This document shows positions 27,440 to 37,577 of a stretch of DNA of 64,000 nt, piece after piece. The position numbers and the translations under genes were made by a program. The stretch lies in assembly GCA_030651135.1 (NCBI GenBank), contig JAUSCS010000006.1, positions 522,160 to 586,159 of the forward strand. Direction: 5' to 3'. Source of the stretch: Candidatus Woesearchaeota archaeon. GTDB lineage: Archaea > Nanobdellota > Nanobdellia > Woesearchaeales > JACPBO01. Positions within the stretch are counted from its first letter, which is position 1; each line of letters opens with the position of its first letter. The notes below the pieces were generated by a model that saw only the letters and a list, made by a program, of their open reading frames with translations, was not told where the DNA came from and did no database searches.

Positions 27440-28696
27440 ATGAATAAGAAAATAGCGTATGCGATTTTGGTTTTTGTTTTGTTGGCAATTTCAATAAACA
27501 TTGCTTATGCCATAACAACCACTACAACTGTTGCGAATCCTGAAAGCAGGGATATAAAAATAACCCTGATAAGCCAGGAGCCTGACCCTGCAGAGCCTGC
27601 GGGATATGTTGACCTGCGCTTTAAAGTTGAAAATTGGGGAACGAGGGCAGCCTCTAATGTAACGCTTGATATTATTCCGCAATATCCATTTTCAATAGGC
27701 TCCGGAGACAGCACAGCTAAAAACCTCGGCAGCATATCCGGAATACAGCTTGGCTCAGAAGGAGTTATTGCAAAATTCAGGCTTAAGGTTGATGAGAATG
27801 CTGTTGACGGTGAAAATGAAATCAAGGTCCGCTACAAAACAGCATCAGGCTCTGAGTGGGTTACAACAAGAGCATTTAATATAAGCATACAGGCGCATGA
27901 AGCAATAATATCAGTTGAATCAGCCAATTCAACACCAAGGATAATTGTGCCCGGGAATGAAGCTTTGCTGAATATTGTAATCAAGAATATTGCAAGCTCT
28001 CTCTTAAAAGATATCCGGATAAAGCTTAACTTAAATGATACGCCTTTTGCGCCAATTGATTCTTCAAATGAAAAAACAATAAAAAATCTTGATGCAGGAT
28101 TAAAGGAAACAATAACATTCAAGGTGATAACAGCGCCTGGAACAAAAGCAGATGTATATAAAATGCCGCTGGAAATAAATTATATAGACCGGCTTGGAAA
28201 GAATTACACAAAATCGCATTTAATCGGCTTGGTTGTCGGCTCAGTTCCAGACCTTTACATCAGCATAGACAGCTCAGCAATATACAAGGTCGGAAGCTCA
28301 GGCAAGATAATCATTAAATTTGTTAATAAAGGATTGACAGACATAAAATTTGTGAATGCAAAACTGAAAGAAACAAATGATTATGAAATAGTCTCCCCAG
28401 ATGTTGTGTATGTGGGAAATGTGGATTCAGATGATTACGAAACAGCAGAATTCAGGCTGTTCCTGAAAAATGCAAAAGACAGCAAGGTAATACTTCCTCT
28501 TTTAGTTGATTACAAGGATGCAAACAACAAGGATTATTCTGCAAATGTCAGCCTGGAGCTTAAATTAATCAGCCCTGAAAAACTCGGCATAGAGCAAGGC
28601 AATGGCTTTTGGGGAATTGTTTTGCTGATCATCATTGCCGTAGCAGCATGGTGGGGCTATGGGAAATGGAAAAAGAGCAGAAGAAAAAAAGCTTAG
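27440..28696 (+). CDS. secreted cell-surface protein with C-terminal TM anchor
   Basis: N-terminal signal/TM, Thr-rich stretch, beta-rich repeats, C-terminal hydrophobic helix plus a KWKKSRRKKA tail. Confidence 0.55.
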   Translation: MNKKIAYAILVFVLLAISINIAYAITTTTTVANPESRDIKITLISQEPDPAEPAGYVDLRFKVENWGTRAASNVTLDIIPQYPFSIGSGDSTAKNLGSISGIQLGSEGVIAKFRLKVDENAVDGENEIKVRYKTASGSEWVTTRAFNISIQAHEAIISVESANSTPRIIVPGNEALLNIVIKNIASSLLKDIRIKLNLNDTPFAPIDSSNEKTIKNLDAGLKETITFKVITAPGTKADVYKMPLEINYIDRLGKNYTKSHLIGLVVGSVPDLYISIDSSAIYKVGSSGKIIIKFVNKGLTDIKFVNAKLKETNDYEIVSPDVVYVGNVDSDDYETAEFRLFLKNAKDSKVILPLLVDYKDANNKDYSANVSLELKLISPEKLGIEQGNGFWGIVLLIIIAVAAWWGYGKWKKSRRKKA

Positions 28697-28733
28697 TTTT
28701 ATTTTTTCTTTTTGATTGAAAAAAGGAATAAAA

Positions 28734-29957
28734 ATGCTCAAAGACTACATTAAGTTTGCATACAGCAATTTTTTGCATAGAAAGAAAAGAGGGATTCTTA
28801 CAATTATCGGCATATTAATAGGAATAGCTGCCATTGTTGCGCTTATCTCATTAAGCATGGGCATGAAAGCTGCGCTTAATGAAGAATTTAAAAAAGTAGG
28901 GTCGAACAGGGTGATCATTGAAGCCGGCGGCATTGCATTTGGCCCGCCAGGAGCAGGCTCTTCGCTTTCTGCATCCGAATTGACAAAAGATGACCTTGAT
29001 GTCGTAAGCAAAGTGGCTGGAGTGGATTTTGCAACCGGGATTCTTTCAGAAACAGCAAGAATTGAATTTCATGATGAAATTAAGCATACACTTGTTTTTG
29101 GCACTTCAACTGACGCAGAAACAAGAAAAAGATTAGAGGAAATAGGGCTTTTTGAAATAGGTGAAGGCAGGCAGCTGAAGCAGACTGATAAATACAAGGC
29201 AGTTCTGGGCTACAAAGTTGTGCATGATCTCTTCGATACAGATATAAAACTGGGAGATAAAATAAAAGTTGAGGACAAGGAATTTGAGGTTGTCGGCATT
29301 CAAGAATTGATTGGAACAGGTGTTCACGATCTTCTCGTCAGACTTCCTCTTGATACGGCAAGGGAGATATTCAGCGAGCCTGAAAAAATATCCTCGATAA
29401 TGGTTACAACATCAATTGGATTTGAGCCGGTCAAAGTTGCTGAGGCAATAAAGAAAGAGCTAAGAAAATTCAGGAATGTTAAAGAAAATGAAGAAGATTT
29501 CACAGTGCAGACAGTAGAGCAGAGAGTTGCAACAGTTACAGTTATTCTTGATGTTGTGCAGGCTGTTTTGATTGGCATTGCTGCAATAAGTCTATTAGTT
29601 GGCGGAATCGGCATAATGAATACCATGTACACTTCTGTTTTGGAGAGAACAAATGAAATCGGCATAATGAAAGCTATTGGCGCTAAAAATTCAGATATTG
29701 CAAAAATATTTTTAATAGAATCAGGGCTGCTAAGTTTGGCTGGCGGCGCTATTGGCATTGTTATCGGCATTTCAATAGCAAAGGCAGTTGAATTTGCTGT
29801 GCAGGGCTATGGCATAACATTGTTCAGGGCAGACATAAGCCCTTTACTGATAATCAGCGCTTTGGCATTTTCATTTTTAATAGGATCTGTTTCAGGCTCT
29901 TTGCCGGCAAGGCAGGCAGCATTGCTAAGCCCGGTAGATGCATTGAGGAAAAAATGA
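28734..29957 (+). CDS. ABC transporter permease, FtsX/MacB-type (copy 1)
   Basis: N-terminal TM, large extracytoplasmic domain, C-terminal 3-TM FtsX domain (GIMNTMYTSVLERTNEIGIMKAIGA). ATG at 28734 follows AGGA. Track start 28716 is a TTG. Confidence 0.8.
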   Translation: MLKDYIKFAYSNFLHRKKRGILTIIGILIGIAAIVALISLSMGMKAALNEEFKKVGSNRVIIEAGGIAFGPPGAGSSLSASELTKDDLDVVSKVAGVDFATGILSETARIEFHDEIKHTLVFGTSTDAETRKRLEEIGLFEIGEGRQLKQTDKYKAVLGYKVVHDLFDTDIKLGDKIKVEDKEFEVVGIQELIGTGVHDLLVRLPLDTAREIFSEPEKISSIMVTTSIGFEPVKVAEAIKKELRKFRNVKENEEDFTVQTVEQRVATVTVILDVVQAVLIGIAAISLLVGGIGIMNTMYTSVLERTNEIGIMKAIGAKNSDIAKIFLIESGLLSLAGGAIGIVIGISIAKAVEFAVQGYGITLFRADISPLLIISALAFSFLIGSVSGSLPARQAALLSPVDALRKK

Positions 29958-31168
29958 TCAAAGATTATGTAAAATACGCTTTCCTTAATCTAAGGGAAAG
30001 AAAGACCAGGACATGGCTCACAATGCTTGGCATTTTCATAGGCATAGCCTTGGTTGTTGCATTGATCAGCCTTGGCCAGGGATTGCAGGAGACAATAAAT
30101 GAGCAGTTCAAGATGCTTGGCGTGGATAAGATAATCGTAAGCCCTGGCGGAACTTTTTCAGGTGTTGGCGGAAGCTCTGCAGCATCAGAGCTGAAAGAGA
30201 AAGATATTGATACAATAAAAAAAGTCAGAGGAGTTGATCTTGCTGCCGGTTTTATATATAAATTGGCAAGAATGAAAAGCGGCAATGAATTCAAATACAG
30301 CTGGGCAACTGGAATGCCGACAGATGAATCCAGGAAGATAATCGAAAGCATGCAGTCTTTTAAAATTACGGAAGGAAAGGACTTGAAGAAAGGCGATAGC
30401 TATAAGGCATTGGTCGGCATAATGTTCAGCGAAGGCAAAGTGTTCAAAAAAAAGCTTAATGTGGGAGACAAGATAGAAGTTGAAGGAAAAGATTTTGAGA
30501 TCATCGGAATATTGGGCAGGATAGGCAATCCCCAGGATGATTCGCAGATACTTATTCCATTGGATGTTGCAAGAGCAGTTTTAAATGAGCCTGAAAAATA
30601 TGATACAATAATAGTGCAGATAAAGGAAGGAGAAGATGCAAATGCAATTGCAGAAAGCATTAAAAAAAGGCTTCGTGACGAAAGGAATGTGAAGGAGGGC
30701 GAAGAGGATTTCTCAATACAGACATCAGCCCAGCTATTGGAAACTTTCAAAACAGTGTTTACAATTGTCCAGGCTGTTCTCATTGGAATTGCCGCAATAA
30801 GTTTGCTGGTTGGCGGAATAGGGATAATGAATACAATGTACACTTCTGTCTTAGAGAGAACGCAGGAGATTGGCGTTATGAAGGCAATAGGAGCTAAAAA
30901 CTCTGATATTGCGCAGATCTTCCTGATAGAATCCGGATTATTGGGATTAACTGGAGGCATAATCGGTGTGTTGATCGGAGTTGGATTGAGCAATATTGTA
31001 GTTTACATCACAACCCAGATGGGAGTGTCGATCCTGAAGGCATATTTCCCATGGTATTTGATTGTTGGATCGCTGTTGTTTTCCGTTGCTGTAGGAATTG
31101 CTTCAGGAATGCTTCCAGCAAGGCAGGCTGCGCTTATGAGGCCTGCGGATTCGCTGAGGTATGAATAA
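29954..31168 (+). CDS. ABC transporter permease, FtsX/MacB-type (copy 2)
   Basis: Paralog of the preceding gene with the same FtsX motif. 4-nt overlap. Confidence 0.8.
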   Translation: MIKDYVKYAFLNLRERKTRTWLTMLGIFIGIALVVALISLGQGLQETINEQFKMLGVDKIIVSPGGTFSGVGGSSAASELKEKDIDTIKKVRGVDLAAGFIYKLARMKSGNEFKYSWATGMPTDESRKIIESMQSFKITEGKDLKKGDSYKALVGIMFSEGKVFKKKLNVGDKIEVEGKDFEIIGILGRIGNPQDDSQILIPLDVARAVLNEPEKYDTIIVQIKEGEDANAIAESIKKRLRDERNVKEGEEDFSIQTSAQLLETFKTVFTIVQAVLIGIAAISLLVGGIGIMNTMYTSVLERTQEIGVMKAIGAKNSDIAQIFLIESGLLGLTGGIIGVLIGVGLSNIVVYITTQMGVSILKAYFPWYLIVGSLLFSVAVGIASGMLPARQAALMRPADSLRYE

Positions 31169-31280
31169 ATTGTTGTGGAAAATGGCAAAGCCGTAGGTAA
31201 AATATTTAAGTAATTCATTACTCATATGAGTAAAACAGTACAAATAGAAATGTTTTTATTTAAGCTGTTTTTTAATCTTC

Positions 31281-31565
31281 ATGATGAAACAAAACGAATT
31301 GAACCAAAAGCTTGTAAAGCACGCAAAATACTTCCAGAAGGAAGTGAGGAAAAACATAGCTATTGCAATATCTGCTGCATTTGCCTTTATCCTCGCATTG
31401 TACTGGAAGGATCTCATAACTGAAGGCGTCAATAAAGTCCTTGATTATCTTAAGTTAAGCGGCAACAGCTTTTATTTCAGGGTGTTTGTTGCTTTAATTG
31501 TGACATTGATCTGCGTATTGGGAATAATAATCATAACAAGATGGGGTCAGATAAAGAACAAATAG
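31281..31565 (+). CDS. small membrane protein
   Basis: 94 aa, 2 TM helices. Confidence 0.4.
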   Translation: MMKQNELNQKLVKHAKYFQKEVRKNIAIAISAAFAFILALYWKDLITEGVNKVLDYLKLSGNSFYFRVFVALIVTLICVLGIIIITRWGQIKNK

Positions 31566-31566
31566 A

Positions 31567-31926
31567 ATGGAGCAGAAAATAAGCGCATTGGTGACTGTTT
31601 TTCTTGTATTTGCAATCCTGCTTACAGGAGCAGCAGTTTATCATAATATGGAGAAATGGTCGTGGGTTGATTCATTTTACTTTTCAACCACAACATTGAC
31701 AACAATCGGATTTGGGGATCTTCATCCGACAACAAATGCATCAAAAATATTTACGATTTTTTACATACTCATAGGCGTAGGCGTAGTTTTTTATATGCTT
31801 TCCACAATAATCCTGAACTATGTCGAGGGCCATAAAAGAACAATAACAAAGTCGCTTTTAGGCACATTAAGCATGAAAAAAGAGCCCGAAAGGTGGATTG
31901 AGCTTAAAGTTAAGAAAGAGAAGTAG
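31567..31926 (+). CDS. minimal 2-TM potassium channel
   Basis: Selectivity filter TTIGFGD (TxGYGD-like) between two TM helices. Confidence 0.7.
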   Translation: MEQKISALVTVFLVFAILLTGAAVYHNMEKWSWVDSFYFSTTTLTTIGFGDLHPTTNASKIFTIFYILIGVGVVFYMLSTIILNYVEGHKRTITKSLLGTLSMKKEPERWIELKVKKEK

Positions 31927-32860
31927 GAGTTAGATTTCTCAGATACAGCTCAAGCTTGTTTTTTACTTTTTCTTTCAGGTTTTCATCAATTTTTAGTCTT
32001 TTAACCTCTTTATCAACATCAAACCTTTTGAATTCTGTTAAAGTTCCTTTAAACTTTCTTCCTGCAATCTTTGCCTGTTTTTCAATTTCTTTCGCATATT
32101 CTGAGCCAAAGTAGCGTATTACAGGAAACTTGCTTATTGAATTTGCTCCTGCTTTCAGCAGATCAGAAACATAGTCGACCCTGTCCAGCCATATTCCTGC
32201 CTGTATGTCTATTTTTGGGAATTCTTTTCTTGTGAGCTTTATCCATTCTGCCATATATTCTTTTTTCGGAGGGCTTGATTTTTCAAAGATTGTGCCTTTC
32301 TGCGGGTTTAAGCCATAGAAGTGTATTTTTGATATTTTGTATTTTTTAATGAACACTTTTAATTTTTTAAAATCATCAATATTTTCTCCTAAGCCGAGTA
32401 TTATTGTCATTGCAGTCTTTAGCTTCAGCTTCAGGGCTTCTTCAAGCATTTTTTCAAATGGCTTAATTGGCTTTGAAGGGCAGACAAAAGAATGTACTTT
32501 GGGATTGATAGTTTCTATAGATGCAACAACGCCTTTAATGTACGGCTTGAATTTTGTTAATTCTCTTTTTTTTATTGGGCCTATATTGATCCATATCTTT
32601 TCATTAATGGTTTTTTTTATTAATTTCAATAATTCTAAAAAATCCGTTGCTGCATACGCATTATGGCCGCCTGACAGGAAGCCGATATCCCAGCCGAGCT
32701 TTTTGCACAGGATGAATTCAGCCAAGATCGAAGCAAATGATCTTACAGCCATCTTTTGGCCTTTCGGTTGGGTGCTCATATAGCAGAACTTGCAGTCAGC
32801 AGTGCTGCAGTACCAGCTGAAGAAAATTGCGCGCTCGAAATTCGTTTTAGTTAGTTTCAT
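31910..32860 (-). CDS. radical SAM superfamily protein (BioB/ThiH-like) with non-canonical Cx4Cx2C
   Basis: YCSTADCKFCYMS cysteine cluster. TIM-barrel-like length. Confidence 0.55.
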   Translation of the reverse strand: MKLTKTNFERAIFFSWYCSTADCKFCYMSTQPKGQKMAVRSFASILAEFILCKKLGWDIGFLSGGHNAYAATDFLELLKLIKKTINEKIWINIGPIKKRELTKFKPYIKGVVASIETINPKVHSFVCPSKPIKPFEKMLEEALKLKLKTAMTIILGLGENIDDFKKLKVFIKKYKISKIHFYGLNPQKGTIFEKSSPPKKEYMAEWIKLTRKEFPKIDIQAGIWLDRVDYVSDLLKAGANSISKFPVIRYFGSEYAKEIEKQAKIAGRKFKGTLTEFKRFDVDKEVKRLKIDENLKEKVKNKLELYLRNLTPTSLS

Positions 32861-32894
32861 TTAAAAGCCCCCAAAGGGATTTGCACCCTTGATC

Positions 32895-33902
32895 TTATAA
32901 ATCTTTAATTTTATCTAAATGTTTTTTATTGGAAAAGCCAATTTCTTTTATAAATTTATTAACGTTTTCAAAGCCATTAATTTGAATAACATGTTTTCTG
33001 CCATTAATATATGCTCTTGGATTTAAATTAAGGTTTTTTAATATATTGTAAACTTGGTTCATTAAAGGTACACTTACCGTGCCTAGTTGTACTCTTAAAT
33101 ATGGCGTTTTGTAAATTTTTCTTTTATCATAAAAAATACAGCCGTCAGTATCATAAATGCCCCTAATACAATTAGTAATTGATTTTTGATCCTCAGAATT
33201 AACAATTTCATCAGGTATTGTTACAGTATATGATTTTTTACCAGATGGAAATTTGAATCTTTTTGTCAATAAATTATAAAATTCCTTGGAGTATATTGTC
33301 ATTCTCATCGTATTATCTTTTTCCGTAATGATTGGATTTGAATTTGGGCTCATTTCTTTAATAATTGGTTTTAGAGTTTCAACAATGTATTCTTTATCGA
33401 GTTTAGAATGTCCTGTAAATTGAATCATATACATGCCGCCATATTTATTGGTAAACCCATCTCCTATAAATGCGCCAATTAATTCGCATAATTGCGGGGT
33501 TAGAGGCGTATCAAATTGAAAATTATACCTGCCGCATCTAGCACTTTTAGCTCCAATCTTTCTTCCTTTTTCAAAAATATATCTGTGTTTTTTATAAGTA
33601 GCAAGCCCCCCTTTAATCATCCCCCAATTTCTATCTTTTAAGAAGATTTGTTTATTAAAGAAGTTGTTATCATCTGTGCTTAAATGAGACAATAAATCTA
33701 AGAAAGTAGAATAAGGTATTGAAATATCACCATCTCTTAAATGTTCTAGTCTTGATTTATAAATGCCAAAATGCTTTCTTAATTCTTTCCATGTACCGAA
33801 CTGAGCCTTAAGCTTAGCAAAGAATTCATCCCTGATAGTATCATCTCTAAAGAAGACTCTTTTAGAAAGCAATTCTTCATTGAGTGATTTTTTATTTTTC
33901 AT
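32895..33902 (-). CDS. free-standing double-motif LAGLIDADG endonuclease-like protein
   Basis: LCELIGAFIGDGF and IRGIYDTDGCIFYD motifs. Paralog of 39122..39880. Confidence 0.7.
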   Translation of the reverse strand: MKNKKSLNEELLSKRVFFRDDTIRDEFFAKLKAQFGTWKELRKHFGIYKSRLEHLRDGDISIPYSTFLDLLSHLSTDDNNFFNKQIFLKDRNWGMIKGGLATYKKHRYIFEKGRKIGAKSARCGRYNFQFDTPLTPQLCELIGAFIGDGFTNKYGGMYMIQFTGHSKLDKEYIVETLKPIIKEMSPNSNPIITEKDNTMRMTIYSKEFYNLLTKRFKFPSGKKSYTVTIPDEIVNSEDQKSITNCIRGIYDTDGCIFYDKRKIYKTPYLRVQLGTVSVPLMNQVYNILKNLNLNPRAYINGRKHVIQINGFENVNKFIKEIGFSNKKHLDKIKDL

Positions 33903-33927
33903 AATAATGCTTTTTGGAAAAATAAAA

Positions 33928-34016
33928 AGCCCCGGAGGAGATTTGCACTCCCGACCTGCTGATTACGAATGCTGATCAATTGCTGTCAGCCGCAATAGCT
34001 ACTATGCTACCGGGGC
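33928..34016 (-). tRNA. tRNA-like gene with ~16-nt insertion (probable intron) in the anticodon loop and atypical T-loop (G55); anticodon unresolved (GCA or CGT)
   Basis: Acceptor GCCCCGG/CCGGGGC, D-arm GCAT-AGTAGCTA-TTGC, anticodon stem GCTGA/TCAGC enclosing 23 nt, variable AGGTC, T-arm GGGAG-TGCAAAT-CTCCT. Confidence 0.45.
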
Positions 34017-34021
34017 ATTTA

Positions 34022-34180
34022 TCATCTAATATTCTTCAGCAGTTCTTCCTTGCTCTGAAACTTCTTCTGGCATTCAAAGCAGAAATAATGCTGCTTCCCC
34101 TTCTCATCTTTTGCCATTGTCCCGATTATCTTCTTCAAAAATGTTTCATTCACCTTGTTGCCGCATATTTCGCATTTCAT
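34022..34180 (-). CDS. small zinc-ribbon protein
   Basis: MKCEICGNK...CFECQKK (two CxxC pairs). Internal Met chosen because the track start abuts the divergent ABCE1 start. Confidence 0.4.
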   Translation of the reverse strand: MKCEICGNKVNETFLKKIIGTMAKDEKGKQHYFCFECQKKFQSKEELLKNIR

Positions 34181-34258
34181 AGGATGATTAATTTTTGTCT
34201 GTTTATAAACGTTTTTAAAATCGTAAGCTTTATTAAACAATAAACAAAAACAGACCAT

Positions 34259-36013
34259 ATGGCAAGAATCGCTGTTGTTGAAAAGGACAAATGCAACCCG
34301 GAAGGCTGCGGAAACTATCTTTGCATTAGAGTGTGCCCTGTCAACAGGATCGGCAAGGACTGCATAGTTAAAGGCCTAACCACAAAAGCGCAGATTGATG
34401 AAGAGCTTTGCACAGGCTGCGGCATATGCGTCAACAGATGCCCTTTTGGAGCGATACACATCATTAACCTTCCAGAGGAATTGAAAGAAGGCCCAATACA
34501 CCGCTACGGCAAAAATGGATTTGCTTTATACAGGCTGCCAATCCCAATATTCGGCAAAGTTGTCGGAATTTTGGGAGTCAATGGAATCGGAAAAACAACG
34601 GCATTAAAAATATTAGCAGGATTGCTGAAGCCAAATTTTGGAAAGGAAGAAGAAGCAACTTATGACGAGCTGATATATCATTTCAAAGGCAGCGAAGCCC
34701 AGTCTTTCTTTGAGAAAATAAAGAAAGGCCAGATAAAGATAAGCTATAAGCCGCAGCAGGTTGATGCAATCCCGAAAACAGCAAAAGGAAAGGTAATTGA
34801 TCTTTTAAAAAAAGTGGATGAAAAAAAAGAATTGAGCAGGGTTGCAAAGCAGCTGGAGATTGAAAAAATACTCGACAATAACATCAATGAAATCTCTGGA
34901 GGAGAGCTGCAGAGAGTTGCAATTGCAGCAACTGTCTTGAAAAAAGCGAATCTCTATGTTTTTGACGAGCCATCTTCTTATTTGGATATAAAGCAAAGAA
35001 TTAAAGTAAGCAAATTCATCAAAAGCCTTGCAGATGAAAACACAGCAGTAATGGTTGTTGAGCATGATCTGATTATTCTGGATTACATGACTGACCTGAT
35101 TCACATGATGTACGGCAGGGAAAGCGTTTATGGAGTTGTTTCGCAGCCAAAGGCAACTAGGAACGGAATAAATATTTACTTGGATGGCTATCTGAAAGAA
35201 GAAAATGTCCGCTTTAGGGATAAAACAATAAAATTTTCTGTAAAGCCGCCAACAGAATCCAAAAAAAGAATGCTGCTGACAGGCTGGCATGATATTGAAA
35301 AAAAGCTTGGAGCCTTTAAGTTGAAAGCTGAAAAAGGCGAGTTGCACAGGCACGAAACAATAGGCATTTTGGGAGAGAATGGAATCGGAAAAACAACATT
35401 TGTGAAAATATTGGCAGGAGCCTTAAAGCAGGACAAAGGAATTGTTGACCAAAACATTAAAGTAAGCTATAAGCCCCAGTACATCGAAACAAAATCAGAT
35501 GAGCTTGTAATGGTTGCTTTAAAGGAAGCAATGCAGAAATACGATGTTCAATTAATGAGGCCTCTAAATCTTAAGCATTTACTGACTAAAAAGATAAGCG
35601 AGCTTTCAGGCGGGGAATTGCAGAGAGTTGCTATTGCGCATTGCCTTTCGCAAAAAGCAGATCTTTATCTTTTAGACGAGCCTTCTGCTTATCTTGATAT
35701 TGAGCAAAGGCTGGTTGTTTCAAAAGTCATACACGATATAATGGAAGAAAGGGGAACATCAGCATTGGTTGTTGATCACGATTTGCTGTTTATTGATTAT
35801 TTGTCAGAGGGGTTAGTTGTGTTTATAGGTGAGCCTGCTGTCCATGGCGAGGCAAAAGGCCCATTTAACATGAAAGACGGGATGAATATGTTTTTAAGAG
35901 AACTGGGCGTTACATTAAGGCGCGACAAAGAATCAAACAGGCCAAGGATCAACAAGGAAGGATCCCAGCTTGACAGGGAGCAGAAAGATCAGAATAAATT
36001 GTATTATGGCTAA
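34259..36013 (+). CDS. abcE1: ribosome recycling factor ABCE1 (RNase L inhibitor homolog)
   Basis: N-terminal 2x[4Fe-4S] ferredoxin cysteine clusters plus two ABC cassettes. Confidence 0.9.
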   Translation: MARIAVVEKDKCNPEGCGNYLCIRVCPVNRIGKDCIVKGLTTKAQIDEELCTGCGICVNRCPFGAIHIINLPEELKEGPIHRYGKNGFALYRLPIPIFGKVVGILGVNGIGKTTALKILAGLLKPNFGKEEEATYDELIYHFKGSEAQSFFEKIKKGQIKISYKPQQVDAIPKTAKGKVIDLLKKVDEKKELSRVAKQLEIEKILDNNINEISGGELQRVAIAATVLKKANLYVFDEPSSYLDIKQRIKVSKFIKSLADENTAVMVVEHDLIILDYMTDLIHMMYGRESVYGVVSQPKATRNGINIYLDGYLKEENVRFRDKTIKFSVKPPTESKKRMLLTGWHDIEKKLGAFKLKAEKGELHRHETIGILGENGIGKTTFVKILAGALKQDKGIVDQNIKVSYKPQYIETKSDELVMVALKEAMQKYDVQLMRPLNLKHLLTKKISELSGGELQRVAIAHCLSQKADLYLLDEPSAYLDIEQRLVVSKVIHDIMEERGTSALVVDHDLLFIDYLSEGLVVFIGEPAVHGEAKGPFNMKDGMNMFLRELGVTLRRDKESNRPRINKEGSQLDREQKDQNKLYYG

Positions 36014-36390
36014 GTTTTCTCTTGAAGCTTTAATTTTTCAATAACAGATTTAGCAAATCCGCTTACATTTTGATCTAAGTCATTTGTATAATGTTCAATG
36101 GCTTTGTAATAGTTATCGTCATTCATGCATTTGTATGCTCGTTTAAGATATTTTATAAAATATTTTTTAGCCAATTCTGGCTTAAAAGACAGGCCATGTC
36201 CTTGAGGATCGCCTGCCAGCTCTATACATCTGCCAATAACATATTCTGAACCATAAAGTTTATGAGTTTCGAGCATAGCCCTGTACATAATTCTACCGAG
36301 GCCTCTTTCGCCAAATCTTGTCAGCAAGCCTGTCAAGTCCGCATATTTCAGTTTCTTTATTATCATGTTGTTTTTTATTTCTTTCATCAA
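36010..36390 (-). CDS. hypothetical protein
   Basis: 126-aa ORF. Confidence 0.4.
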   Translation of the reverse strand: MMKEIKNNMIIKKLKYADLTGLLTRFGERGLGRIMYRAMLETHKLYGSEYVIGRCIELAGDPQGHGLSFKPELAKKYFIKYLKRAYKCMNDDNYYKAIEHYTNDLDQNVSGFAKSVIEKLKLQEKT

Positions 36391-36494
36391 ATAACACTAC
36401 TAAAAAGGAGTAATTCAAATTTATATAAAACTTTTCACCATTTTTTACGCTAAATACGAAAGATTTAAATAAAATAAGCTTAATTAGATTAAAA

Positions 36495-37577
36495 ATGACT
36501 GATTTTATTGGCATGGTTGTTGAATCAGACTATGGCAGGGAGATTAAAGTAGATCTTAAAGATAAAAAAATCCTCGGCGCATTGGCTGTGAATGCCAGGC
36601 TAAGCCCTAGCGAGATTGGAAGAATCGTTGGGCTGTCGAAAGATGCTGTAAGATACAGAATCATTCAGCTTGAGAAAAAAGGCATAATAAGGGGCAGCGT
36701 TGTCATCGCAAACCCGTCAAAAGTGGGCTATTACCTGCATACAGTATTACTGAAGCTTGAAAACCTGTCTGAGGAGCGGGAGAACGAGCTAATCAAATTT
36801 TTCGCAGCTTTTCCTTTAGGAATATGGTTCGGCAAGTGCAGCGGCAGGTGGGATTTTGTTTTTGAAGTCATAGCTAAGGACATGAAGCAATTTGACAAGA
36901 TAATGCAGAAGATAAAATCAGTCTGCGGAAAAAACTTAAGAGATTATGAAAGCTTAACTGCATTTAACTTAGTTAAATATGTGGATTTGCCAGATGATTT
37001 CTACAAAGATCTTGGATTAAAGTTTGAATTCGAAAGAAAAAGCGTTGCATTCGCAAAGGAGATCAAAAAAGGGATAATCGAATTCGACTATGAAAAGCAA
37101 ATAAAGCTCGATTTAACTGATGCCAGAATATTGAAAGCTTTGTCTGAAAATGCTTGTGCTCAAATATCTGAAATAGCCAATAGAACTAGAATTCCAAGGG
37201 ATACAGTTGTTAATCGCATAAGGAGCATGGTCAATAATGGATTAATAATTGCATTCAACCCGATTATAAATCTCACTTATCTGAAATATCATCTGTATGT
37301 TGTGTTTTTTCACTTGGCTAACCTGACAGATGAAAAAGAGAAGGAATTTTTCAATTACATGTCTGTGCACTCTTTTGTTGCATACGGCGCAAAGCTGATG
37401 GGAAAATACGAAGCCCAGATATTCCTGATCGTAAAGGATCCAATGCACATGCACGAAATAATGATGGAATTCAGAAGAAAGTTTTCAGGCATTATTGAAG
37501 ACTATGAGCCTCTGCTGGTCATAAAAGACTATAAATATAATTTCCTGCCGGAAGGTGTTTTTCCTAAAATTATCTAA
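36495..37577 (+). CDS. tandem Lrp/AsnC-like wHTH transcriptional regulator
   Basis: Two HTH_AsnC-type segments (LKDKKILGALAVNARLSPSEIGRIVGLSKDAVRYRI and LTDARILKALSENACAQISEIANRTRIPRDTVVNRI). Confidence 0.6.
   Translation: MTDFIGMVVESDYGREIKVDLKDKKILGALAVNARLSPSEIGRIVGLSKDAVRYRIIQLEKKGIIRGSVVIANPSKVGYYLHTVLLKLENLSEERENELIKFFAAFPLGIWFGKCSGRWDFVFEVIAKDMKQFDKIMQKIKSVCGKNLRDYESLTAFNLVKYVDLPDDFYKDLGLKFEFERKSVAFAKEIKKGIIEFDYEKQIKLDLTDARILKALSENACAQISEIANRTRIPRDTVVNRIRSMVNNGLIIAFNPIINLTYLKYHLYVVFFHLANLTDEKEKEFFNYMSVHSFVAYGAKLMGKYEAQIFLIVKDPMHMHEIMMEFRRKFSGIIEDYEPLLVIKDYKYNFLPEGVFPKII

Noticed and set aside
34181-34258. Longer 78-aa version of the zinc-ribbon ORF starting at 34258
   Set aside because: That start codon abuts the divergent ABCE1 start codon and leaves no promoter space. 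The internal Met gives a compact C4 zinc ribbon.
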